The notes under the pieces were generated by a model, which had not been told where the DNA came from, did no database searches, and worked only from the letters and a program-made list of their open reading frames with translations. A stretch of 64,000 nucleotides of DNA. It comes from a virus. Positions 56,185 to 64,000 of the stretch are shown in pieces. Position 1 is the stretch's first letter. Every line of letters begins with the position of its first letter. The stretch spans positions 19,253 to 83,252 of the IMG/VR virus record IMGVR_UViG_3300003702_000496, one strand, 5' to 3'. The translations under genes were made by a program, and so were the position numbers.

Positions 56185-57146
56185 CTAAAGCCTTCTCATA
56201 GCCATTTTTTCAGCAATATAACCAGTGGGTTCATCATTACTCTTAGAGATATTCAAACATTCCTCTAATCTATCTCTAATCATATCAATGAAATTAGCAA
56301 TATGGAAATCGGTAGACACTTTACTATTTTCTTTATAAAGTAATATCACACCACCAGCATTAACCAGATAATCAGGACAATATAGAAGGTTTTCGTCATG
56401 TAGAAGTTGATCACAATACTCATTCTCTAATTGATTATTAGCACTGCCACAAATAATTTTTGTTGATTTAATCAGTTTCTTGATTGTTGTTGGATTAAGA
56501 ATCCCACCCAATGCACAAGGAGAAAATATTTCACACTCAACATCAAAAATTTCATTTGATTTAACAACATTAATATTTGGAAATTTGTTTTTTGCTTTAT
56601 CTATAAGTTCTGGATTAAGATCAGTCACAATAACATTAACGCCTTTATAGTGTAGCATTTCCATAAGAGCGAAACCAACATTGCCCAGACCTTGAATAGC
56701 AACTGTTGACTTGGTTAAAACATTTCTTGGATTTAAAAGTTTTATGGGCCAAAATTTAAAACGAGCAGCAGTTTCCATTGCTTGAATCACGCCATATGCT
56801 GTCGCCGGGCCAGGATCAAGAAAATGAGATGGTATGTTCCGAAATGGAACATAATTTGTATTCTTATGCATCTCAGCAATATCTTCAGGTGTAACTCCAA
56901 CATCTTCCCCTGTAATATACGTTCCACCTAGATAATCAATTACCTTTCCAAACATCTGAAATATCTCAGACGTAAGGCATCCTGTAGGTGGTCTTCTGTA
57001 TTCTTATAAGACCATGCACGACACCCACCAACCGCTGGACCCAACTTTGTATTATGAACAGCTATAATACAATCTAATCCAGATAAATCATCAACTCCAT
57101 GAACCACTCTTTCATATCCATGTATGTTAATCTCTTTTATTTCCAT
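56185..57146 (-). pseudogene. ldh: Leu/Phe/Val dehydrogenase, internally deleted and frameshifted
   Basis: IAVHNT.LGPA.GGCR...DALRL then jumps to FG...LGG.YITGEDVG; GMTYK/GGGK segment missing; QGLGNVG, PCALGG, GSANNQL, PDYLVNAGG present. Confidence 0.8.
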
Positions 57147-57162
57147 CTGAGTTTTCCTATTT

Positions 57163-57208
57163 TATGCGTGAGAGCGCATATTGACATTTATGCGTGATCA
57201 CGCATAAA
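57163..57208. promoter_or_regulatory. Tandem palindromes (operator or terminator)
   Basis: TATGCGTGAGAGCGCATA and TTTATGCGTGATCACGCATAAA. Confidence 0.5.
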
Positions 57209-57211
57209 ATA

Positions 57212-57514
57212 TTACTTTAATAATTCAACTAACTCATCCGTTTTATACATTTCACAAACTATGTCGCAACCACCAACGAACTCACCCTTTATATACAATT
57301 GTGGAATTGTAGGCCAATCGCTGTACCGTTTAATTTCATCACGGATCAACGGTTCGTCTAACACATTAACGGTTTTAAATTTAACGTCAATATCGGTTAA
57401 TATTTGTATAACTGCTGCTGAGAAACCACATTGCGGAAAAGAAGGAGTGCCCTTCATAAATAACACTACTTGGTGATTATTTATTTCTTGTTTAATTTGT
57501 TCTGTTGGTGTCAT
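57212..57514 (-). CDS. grxD: Monothiol glutaredoxin Grx4
   Basis: [30 protein letters not shown]. Confidence 0.95.
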   Translation of the reverse strand: MTPTEQIKQEINNHQVVLFMKGTPSFPQCGFSAAVIQILTDIDVKFKTVNVLDEPLIRDEIKRYSDWPTIPQLYIKGEFVGGCDIVCEMYKTDELVELLK

Positions 57515-57660
57515 TTACCTTGACCTCTATATCTTTTCCAATTTCGTTTCTTACTTTTATTCTTTGGCGAACTTCTTACACTGTTTCCAATAGAAGTACG
57601 TTTCTTAACACGACCTATCTTAATCGCATCACCAGCACCCATTCCTACTCTCGCTACCAT
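57511..57660 (-). CDS. Small basic phage protein (49 aa, not in track)
   Basis: KKRTSIG...[17 protein letters not shown]; ATGA overlap with grxD. Confidence 0.65.
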   Translation of the reverse strand: MVARVGMGAGDAIKIGRVKKRTSIGNSVRSSPKNKSKKRNWKRYRGQGK

Positions 57661-57683
57661 ATTCTATCTCCCTATATTATTTA

Positions 57684-58712
57684 TTATCGTTCATATTTAA
57701 TAAGATTATCTTCAAACTCATGTAACCGTTTCCATATACTACGAAGTTCAGTTATTGTAGTCCAGTTATGGAGAAATAAAGCAAATCCCCCATGTACTTT
57801 TTGAAAAGCATTAGATACTTGTACAACTACTCCTAATAATACAACACCAGTAAATAAACTTGGCCCTACTATTAAATATGGTACAATAACCATAAATTGA
57901 TCATATCCGACCATCCATATATCAAAATATCCATAATGCATATACAATCTATGATAATTAAATCTTATTCCAATAAAAAGACTCCATAAGGTTTCTGGTT
58001 GTGCGTAGTTATCTTTATCATCTTCACCTAGTACCAAATCTTTTCTAAATGCAGCTTCAATTTTTTGATTATTATATTCAAGGCCAGGAAGTTTGTATCC
58101 AACAAACCATGAAATAATTATACCTCCAATAGAAACAGTCAATGCTGTCCATACCAACGATCCTGATATATCACTAAAGAAGGGAATAGTAACTGATTCA
58201 CTTAAATTCCATAATACTGGAATAAAAGCAATTAACGTCATTAGTGCTCGTACAACCTGTAATCCTAAAGTCTCAACAATTCTAGCAAATCTATTACAAT
58301 CTTCTTGTATACGTTGACTAGCTCCTTCTATCTCTTCTTTGACATTACGCCAACGAGGGATATAATTAAATGTAATTGCTTGACGCCAACGTAATCCATA
58401 TATGCGTGTGAACCATCCTGTAACTACTGCCAATAATACATATGGAAATGCTAATACAGTAAATGATGGATCACCTTCAAAATTGTTAATTACATAAGAT
58501 AAACTAACTAACTTATCATAAAATAATGTAACACCTTCAGTTGGATTATCTTTATAATCTCCTGCTCTTTGTAATAGATTATAGAAACCTCCATACCAAG
58601 AATTAATAGCAACTGTTAATTGAACTTGCAACCATAAAGATGAACAGAGTAAAGCACCTCCGCCCCAAGCCCATAGAGCCCATTGCTTACTTCTGTAAAA
58701 GGCCTTTATCAT
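57684..58712 (-). CDS. SbmA/BacA-like peptide transporter
   Basis: V.IN.WYG.FY.LLQ, WR.A, EGASQRIQED..RF, LPGLEYNNQK.EAAFRK.LV..ED, W.TI.EL.SI.KRL..FE. Confidence 0.88.
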   Translation of the reverse strand: MIKAFYRSKQWALWAWGGGALLCSSLWLQVQLTVAINSWYGGFYNLLQRAGDYKDNPTEGVTLFYDKLVSLSYVINNFEGDPSFTVLAFPYVLLAVVTGWFTRIYGLRWRQAITFNYIPRWRNVKEEIEGASQRIQEDCNRFARIVETLGLQVVRALMTLIAFIPVLWNLSESVTIPFFSDISGSLVWTALTVSIGGIIISWFVGYKLPGLEYNNQKIEAAFRKDLVLGEDDKDNYAQPETLWSLFIGIRFNYHRLYMHYGYFDIWMVGYDQFMVIVPYLIVGPSLFTGVVLLGVVVQVSNAFQKVHGGFALFLHNWTTITELRSIWKRLHEFEDNLIKYER

Positions 58713-59289
58713 TAGACTCTTCTATTAAGTTTAGTAATTGAATTCTATACTTATTCTTATCAATTGTTAAAAATCTTTTATAATCATTCATTATTTTTTT
58801 GAGATCAAGCCAAATAATATCATCCTTCAGTTTTTGATTCCACTTTTTGGTAAATTTAACAAGTTCATCCAAAACAATTAATGTCTCTAGAGATAACCTT
58901 CCCCCCAAAAATTCTTTCATTAATTTTGGATGTTCAGATTTCTTGACTTCAAATAAAGGATTAAACTCTTTTACAAAAGGTCTGATTTCTTCACTGAATA
59001 TGCCATAGAAACTATAACGTCTTATTTTCCAATTTTCATAGTTCTCATCATTAAAGCTAGATATATAACCGTTACGATCTTTGATGAAATTAGAAATAAA
59101 ATAATCTCTAATTTCATCATACTTTTTATATTTTCTAGAAAGTTTTACAAAGAAAAATCTGTCTTTGCGTTTATAGAACGAGTCTCTGGATACACGACTC
59201 TTGCCTTTATATGTAATAAAGTCATACTCGGTATTACCAAAATGTGCTTTCATAGCGCAATACATTAAATAAATATCAATTGGTTCCAT
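58687..59289 (-). CDS. gp59: Helicase loader gp59
   Basis: Y..Y.A.K.HF...YDF..Y.GK......F.KRKDR.FF.KL; SLETL. Confidence 0.85.
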   Translation of the reverse strand: MEPIDIYLMYCAMKAHFGNTEYDFITYKGKSRVSRDSFYKRKDRFFFVKLSRKYKKYDEIRDYFISNFIKDRNGYISSFNDENYENWKIRRYSFYGIFSEEIRPFVKEFNPLFEVKKSEHPKLMKEFLGGRLSLETLIVLDELVKFTKKWNQKLKDDIIWLDLKKIMNDYKRFLTIDKNKYRIQLLNLIEESNDKGLLQK

Positions 59290-59306
59290 TCTATAAAATA
59301 ATAAAT

Positions 59307-59546
59307 TTAGATGTGGGCACGGGAAATAAATCTATCAGCTTCACTTATTTTATCTTTATATATCCTCTGTAATTCACCATAAGACAACACCTTCAACATA
59401 TACATCTGATCCCACGTTGGAAGATATCTTCCAAATAATTTATGACACGCCTCAATCAACTCCTCCATAAGAAGTTGATCGTAGTGTGAGAGGCCTCTTG
59501 CATATTTTATACGTTCAAAATAATACGGTTTAAATTCCTTACTCAT
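59307..59546 (-). CDS. Hypothetical protein
   Basis: ORF with AAGG RBS. Confidence 0.5.
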   Translation of the reverse strand: MSKEFKPYYFERIKYARGLSHYDQLLMEELIEACHKLFGRYLPTWDQMYMLKVLSYGELQRIYKDKISEADRFISRAHI

Positions 59547-59560
59547 TTAAATTTACCTTT

Positions 59561-59779
59561 TTATATCGGCAATTGTGCTTGTTTTGGTAGAAAATTTAAA
59601 TCTCTTGCATTTGCTTCAATTTTTTCTTTAAGTCCCTTTGAAATAAGAGGACTAACGGTATCAGGTTCAAGACCTTCTTTATTGCAATACCATAAAACTG
59701 CTTCCATATGTGTAATTTGTTTTTCTTTTGCAATAATTTCAATTGCCGCAGTAAAACTTTTAGATGTTTTTAGTGTCAT
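59561..59779 (-). CDS. gp33: Late transcription coactivator gp33
   Basis: F...IE......HMEAVL.YC....EP.....LI.K.LKEKIE..A..LNFLP. Confidence 0.88.
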   Translation of the reverse strand: MTLKTSKSFTAAIEIIAKEKQITHMEAVLWYCNKEGLEPDTVSPLISKGLKEKIEANARDLNFLPKQAQLPI

Positions 59780-59786
59780 GTATATC

Positions 59787-60149
59787 CTACTTAAAATATG
59801 GATTCTTATCATAGGGAACACTCATTTCTCCCCCAACAAGCCCACATGTTATACTATCTGGAAAGGATAACATAAATAACCATCTTCCAGTATTTTGATT
59901 TAAAAATAATTCTAAAAGATTTTCATTTTGATCTAATCCCCACCAAACTTTAACTGTTTGTAATCTTTCTTTTAAATCTTGACGTACAAAATCACTTTCA
60001 GCACATGTCATATTCTTCTGATATAGACGAGGAAAAATATTTGGTTCTTGTCCTATAATTCCATCCTTCACTTGTGCATTTGTATTAGATGCAAAAGTAA
60101 AAACTATTCCTAAACAAATAATTAAAAATCTAACTATATTTTTTCCCAT
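59787..60149 (-). CDS. Secreted hypothetical protein
   Basis: Signal peptide; similar to 28635-29132. Confidence 0.6.
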   Translation of the reverse strand: MGKNIVRFLIICLGIVFTFASNTNAQVKDGIIGQEPNIFPRLYQKNMTCAESDFVRQDLKERLQTVKVWWGLDQNENLLELFLNQNTGRWLFMLSFPDSITCGLVGGEMSVPYDKNPYFK

Positions 60150-60181
60150 TAAATTATACTCCCATTTTCTTTTATATATAT

Positions 60182-60362
60182 TGTGGGGTTAACCATAGAC
60201 CCCACACGGATGTATTTCGGCATCACCCTAGATGTCACTAGGCTAAAGTGAATAATCTGTCTATCGTAAAATAGGCCTCCAACTTCAGCATCAACTCTTC
60301 CTTTCTGTATAACCAAGGGCTTCCCAAGGCTTAACTCAATACTCGCCTTAGTGCGTTAGTAT
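60182..60362 (-). other. Structured element with 17-codon ORF downstream of tmRNA
   Basis: Hairpins flanking AGAAAGGAAG-RBS and MLKLEAYFTIDRLFTLA (60238-60291). Confidence 0.4.
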
Positions 60363-60365
60363 TAA

Positions 60366-60655
60366 GTGGTAGGTATTCTGTTGCCAGGAACCTACCGAAC
60401 CCCGACAGACTATGCAGCTAGTGCATAATCCTCAAATGCCTCATTATCGTTGGCACTTATTATTTTGACCGATAAGGTGGTCAATCCACAGTTCTCCACG
60501 TTCCTATACATTGTCAGTCGATCCTAGTTCGCCCCCATCAAGAGTACACCTTGAAATATTACTTTCGTCAGTTACTCACCCGATGTACTCATGGTGGAGG
60601 CGACGGGTACTGCCCCCGTGTCCTGTACAATTTTCAGTTCGTATCATCAAACTGT
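60366..60655 (-). ncRNA. ssrA: Permuted two-piece tmRNA; tag (A)ANDNEAFEDYALAA
   Basis: Acceptor piece GGACACGGGGGCAGTACCCGTCGCCTCCACCA (60623-60592) precedes coding piece GGGGGCGAACTAGGATCGAC (from 60536); G3-U70; tag at 60454-60410; CCTGGCAACAGAA hairpin. Confidence 0.93.
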
Positions 60656-60660
60656 AACTA

Positions 60661-60691
60661 TATTTATACCATATTAAACCAGTTTTGTCAA
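60661..60691 (-). promoter_or_regulatory. Overlapping sigma70 and T4-late promoter for tmRNA
   Basis: TTGACA-17-TATAAA whose -10 is a full TATAAATA. Confidence 0.75.
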
Positions 60692-61387
60692 GTGTTTATT
60701 TTGTTCTTTCCATTCTGTAACGGAATCTTTTAATGCTTCCAAATAATCAAATTTTTTCTTCACAAACTCTTGTACTGTACCATCTTCTGTCACTACCAGA
60801 ATTACTATTTGTGAAACATCAATTCCAGTTAACTCAGTAAACATCTCTGCATATGCAGAACCTTGAATATAATAATTTTCGTTCCAAGCATCATCCCGTT
60901 CTCTGGTTGATGTCTTAAAATCTATAACAGACAATACATTATCATATTCTGCGATACAATCAGCTCTGCCTGCTACCTTATATTTGTCACTATATAATCC
61001 ACACTCTTGGGCATAGATATTATCAATGTTACATAATACTTTATTTTTTAATTGAGTGAATAAGCACCAAGGCAGAAAATCTTTTTCATGTTTTTTCCAT
61101 TTATCAGGATAATCTAGAGATACATTATTTAAATAATCCTCACACATATGATGAACTTTGGTGCCTCTAGCTGCAGCTTTACCAGCAACATAATTGGCAA
61201 CATCATTTCCCACACGTTTACGCCATTCCACCAATCCTTTCTTATTACGAATTGATAAAACGGTTGTAATAGAAGGATATTCATTTCCTTCTGGTGTCAC
61301 ATAAAAACGATTTTTATTGATTGTTTTAGTTTTTAGTTTCGGTATTAGTGACGGAACTGTTTTCTGGTGTTTGTATGTCATCTTCAC
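60674..61387 (-). CDS. PD-(D/E)XK exonuclease
   Basis: YPSITTVL, WR.RVG, RGT.VH..CE.YL, AGR.DCIAEY...IDFKTS, Y..Q..AYA.M. Confidence 0.88.
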   Translation of the reverse strand: MKMTYKHQKTVPSLIPKLKTKTINKNRFYVTPEGNEYPSITTVLSIRNKKGLVEWRKRVGNDVANYVAGKAAARGTKVHHMCEDYLNNVSLDYPDKWKKHEKDFLPWCLFTQLKNKVLCNIDNIYAQECGLYSDKYKVAGRADCIAEYDNVLSVIDFKTSTRERDDAWNENYYIQGSAYAEMFTELTGIDVSQIVILVVTEDGTVQEFVKKKFDYLEALKDSVTEWKEQNKHLTKLV

Positions 61388-61508
61388 TTTCTTTCATTTC
61401 AAAATTTACATCAATTGAATAAATTGAATATTCTGGGGGAACTTTACCCCAACCTACTGTTCTATCCCATTCTCTTTGGGTATATTTATTGGTATACTTA
61501 TTAAACAT
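61326..61508 (-). CDS. Small hypothetical protein
   Basis: YTQREWDR.VGWG.VP motif. Confidence 0.5.
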   Translation of the reverse strand: MFNKYTNKYTQREWDRTVGWGKVPPEYSIYSIDVNFEMKESEDDIQTPENSSVTNTETKN

Positions 61509-61941
61509 TTCTCATCCTTTCAACAAGCCGATTTGCTCTATTTGTTACTTGGCGATACCAAATGCTATCAACCATTTCATCAGCTGCATCATTCCAATCT
61601 CTTCTACTTACACCACTTTTCATTCCTTTAAATTTGCTTAATCTTGTACGTCCCATATTGAACATCATGTTAGCAATTATTCTTTGAACTTCTTCTGGTA
61701 AATTATGAAAGTCGTAATAAAGAACTTTACAATCCTCTACAACTGTTTCTACATCAGACTCGAAAGCTTCTATAACTCTATTTTCTGATATTTCTGTTCC
61801 TAAACTTTGGCCATGTTCTGGATCATCCTTAGTGATAAGATGACCGATACCAAAAGTAGCATATCCAAGAGGATCATTATATATTTTATATTCACATCCC
61901 TCATCTCGTTTCAATTCTTCTCTCAATTTTTCTAAGTTCAC
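61501..61941 (-). CDS. T4-type lysozyme (GH24) endolysin
   Basis: DEG....Y.D.LG..T.GIGHL, NM.FNMG, AA.EM.DS.W..Q..NRA.RL. Confidence 0.9.
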   Translation of the reverse strand: MNLEKLREELKRDEGCEYKIYNDPLGYATFGIGHLITKDDPEHGQSLGTEISENRVIEAFESDVETVVEDCKVLYYDFHNLPEEVQRIIANMMFNMGRTRLSKFKGMKSGVSRRDWNDAADEMVDSIWYRQVTNRANRLVERMRNV

Positions 61942-62654
61942 TATTCTATTCCTATACCTAATTTCATTTTATTAATAAGATAACTACGAACAAAACCAGA
62001 CCTTACAATATCACCAATAGTAAATTCTAAACAATGAAATTCTTCCATTTCCTCTAGAATTCTAAGAAAATCATGTAAACCATTTTTCTCATTCTGTTTG
62101 ATCAAATCCGTTTGATCAAAATCACCACAAAATATTATTTTAGAATCTTGTCCTACTCTTGTTATAATCGTATCTAATTCATGAAAGTTCATATTCTGAC
62201 ATTCATCTACTATAATGATTGCATTATCGAATGTCAATCCTCTTAGAAAAGAAGTTGATAAAAAGTATAGTGTGCCTTGTCCTTTTAATCTGTCATATAA
62301 ATTGTTAAACGATTGTTCATTAGGTTGTTCAAATATAAATTGAACCATATTTTGATACGGAACCTGATATAATGCAGCTTTATCTTCTTCATCGCCGGGC
62401 AAAAATCCAATTTCTCTTGTAGGAATTAAAGAACGAACCAAAATAATTTTTTCATAAGAAGTTTTTAAATTCATTACATCTTTCAATGCAAGATAAAGAG
62501 ATATAAAAGTTTTCCCTGTCCCAGCTGCACCAAACAAAAATTGGTTTTTTCCTTTTTTCCAAGAATCAAAAACCAACTTTTGATTATCAGTAATTGGTTT
62601 AACTGTAACTAAATTATTATAATTAACTTCTTTATTCTTTTTGCTGCTAGCCAT
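61941..62654 (-). CDS. phoH: PhoH-family ATPase
   Basis: GAAGTGKT, IGFLPG, SFLRGLT, DECQN, TRVG, GD..QTDL, DIVRSG. Confidence 0.95.
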   Translation of the reverse strand: MASSKKNKEVNYNNLVTVKPITDNQKLVFDSWKKGKNQFLFGAAGTGKTFISLYLALKDVMNLKTSYEKIILVRSLIPTREIGFLPGDEEDKAALYQVPYQNMVQFIFEQPNEQSFNNLYDRLKGQGTLYFLSTSFLRGLTFDNAIIIVDECQNMNFHELDTIITRVGQDSKIIFCGDFDQTDLIKQNEKNGLHDFLRILEEMEEFHCLEFTIGDIVRSGFVRSYLINKMKLGIGIE

Positions 62655-62674
62655 ATTAAGTCCTAATTAACAAA

Positions 62675-62797
62675 GACGGGAAGAAAGAGGGGGGCCCGAA
62701 GAATACCCCCCTCTCCCCCAATGCATCGGCGGAGGGACTTCCCAGCTTCCATCAACGCAGTGCGTCGGTGCTGAAGTTCGATTTCTCGCCTGCATCA
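62675..62797 (-). ncRNA. Candidate late sRNA / phoH leader: rod hairpin plus terminator
   Basis: Late promoter at 62802-62809, ~77-nt bulged hairpin (62720-62796), then 9-bp GC stem with pyrimidine tract. Confidence 0.55.
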
Positions 62798-62801
62798 TCT
62801 T

Positions 62802-62809
62802 TATTTATA
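62802..62809 (-). promoter_or_regulatory. T4-type late promoter
   Basis: TATAAATA. Confidence 0.7.
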
Positions 62810-63113
62810 CCACTTTATGTTTTCTTAATACTTCTCTTGTTTTTATTTCTTTGGTTGTTTTGGTGTGAGTTCCATATCTGTCTGCCAGTGGAGAGCCAGG
62901 GTTTGAGTTTGCTATTTGTTCCATCCGTTCATTAAACCCACCATCTATTTTAGGGCCCACGCCCATGATATGATCGCCAGCTAATGCAACTGCTACTGGA
63001 ACTTGTATAATATGAGAATTATTTTTTAGATATTCTTCTCTGTTATCCATAGACATAAATTCATCATATTCTTGTTTAGTTTTTTTATTATAGAAAGTAT
63101 AAGTTGGCATCAA
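62805..63113 (-). CDS. FmdB-like small conserved phage protein
   Basis: MPTY.F.N..T...Y...MS....E.YL..N. Confidence 0.65.
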   Translation of the reverse strand: MMPTYTFYNKKTKQEYDEFMSMDNREEYLKNNSHIIQVPVAVALAGDHIMGVGPKIDGGFNERMEQIANSNPGSPLADRYGTHTKTTKEIKTREVLRKHKVV

Positions 63114-63340
63114 AATCTCATTTCAAGTTGTTGAGGATCGCCTCCCAAAATTATAACTTTATAAGATAAATTATAAACCATTTCAGAAAGTTCTTTTTGT
63201 CTTTTCATCAAGTTTTGCATACATTCTTGCATCTCAAAAATTTCTTTTTTCATAATATCAGTAACATTCATTATATTATTCCCTGCTTCACGATTCTCAC
63301 GACGGGGCCCGATTCCATAGAATTTTATTCCCTGTTTCAT
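63110..63340 (-). CDS. Small coiled-coil hypothetical protein
   Basis: ATGA-coupled ORF. Confidence 0.5.
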   Translation of the reverse strand: MKQGIKFYGIGPRRENREAGNNIMNVTDIMKKEIFEMQECMQNLMKRQKELSEMVYNLSYKVIILGGDPQQLEMRF

Positions 63341-63558
63341 TATTACTTTTCTCTAATATATAGTAAGTTTGATAAACTAATATAGAAGATGTTAATCTAA
63401 TGCCTCTTTCACTTTCTCTACAAGATTCTCATAAGTTGCATAAGAACCCCCTGTCCATTCACCATCTTTAAACTCACGAATTTCTATATTTCCTGCCGGT
63501 TTGCTTTGACCGTCAATAGCTAATTCGTTTTCTTCCATTAACGATATTTCAACATGTT

Positions 63559-63879
63559 TCATCTATTATCACCATCACCTTTAATTTTATTATTCTTCAT
63601 TCGCCGTTGCAGTTTATCAACATTCCACTGTGCAACTTGTTCTAGAGATATACCAAGATCATCAGCAAGAGCAGAGATATACCAAAGTACATCACCTAGT
63701 TCCATGACGATACTGCTCGTGACATTATTCAGACGGTCATCACCACGAACAATCTTCTTTACTTTCTCTGCGACTTCACCAGCCTCTCCACACAAACCAA
63801 GTGCTGGATATATTACCTTGTATTCCTCTGGATATATCGCTGTTGAATGTGCAATTTTTTGGTATTCGTTAAAGTTCAT
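63559..63879 (-). CDS. mazG: MazG-like NTP pyrophosphohydrolase
   Basis: YP.LGL.GEAGEVAEKVKK, ELGDVLWY, N..KL..R.....I.G.GDNR. Confidence 0.9.
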   Translation of the reverse strand: MNFNEYQKIAHSTAIYPEEYKVIYPALGLCGEAGEVAEKVKKIVRGDDRLNNVTSSIVMELGDVLWYISALADDLGISLEQVAQWNVDKLQRRMKNNKIKGDGDNR

Positions 63880-64000
63880 GATGGGAAGCCCCCAAAAATA
63901 CTAACATGACGGAGAAAATCTTTTCCGGCAACATATTGGCGCTTATCAGGTTTTTCTTTTTTGATAGGTTTGCTTCTCAGTTCGCAACCTACTTCATCAT

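Noticed and set aside
60537-60591. Hammerhead ribozyme in the tmRNA intervening segment (CTGACGA)
   Set aside because: No stem II followed by GAAA and no cleavage triplet context

Overview
A 64-kb segment of a large T4-like myovirus genome (AT-rich, almost entirely on the minus strand). The host is probably a marine alphaproteobacterium, inferred from the permuted two-piece tmRNA with a GGCAGUA T-loop and the Usg, zf-CHCC and 17-kDa-antigen-like genes. Left to right: (1) modular tail-fibre and chaperone genes interrupted by a U32-family/sulfotransferase pair; (2) a baseplate block (gp7-like, gp6, gp25, PAAR, gp5); (3) a ~21-kb accessory region driven by near-consensus sigma70 promoters. It holds many 2OG-Fe(II) oxygenases, a mini tryptophan 2,3-dioxygenase, a MotA/ExbB-like cassette, IscA, an amidoligase, an IHF-site array, two unexplained structured RNAs, and an operon of three divergent PanC-like ligases around a DapB/amine-dehydrogenase-like enzyme; (4) a tail/baseplate block (gp53, gp48, gp4, gp2, gp54, gp26/gp51 with a likely -1 frameshift, tape-measure-like protein); (5) gp32, thyX, tRNA-Thr, Fe-S assembly genes (sufT, sufE, grx, frameshifted sufB, grxD), a deleted Leu/Phe/Val dehydrogenase, SbmA/BacA, gp59, gp33, tmRNA, exonuclease, lysozyme, phoH and mazG. 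The best candidates for undescribed biology are the triple PanC-like operon and four promoter-linked structured RNAs. All calls come from motif recognition by eye; no database searches or folding programs were run.
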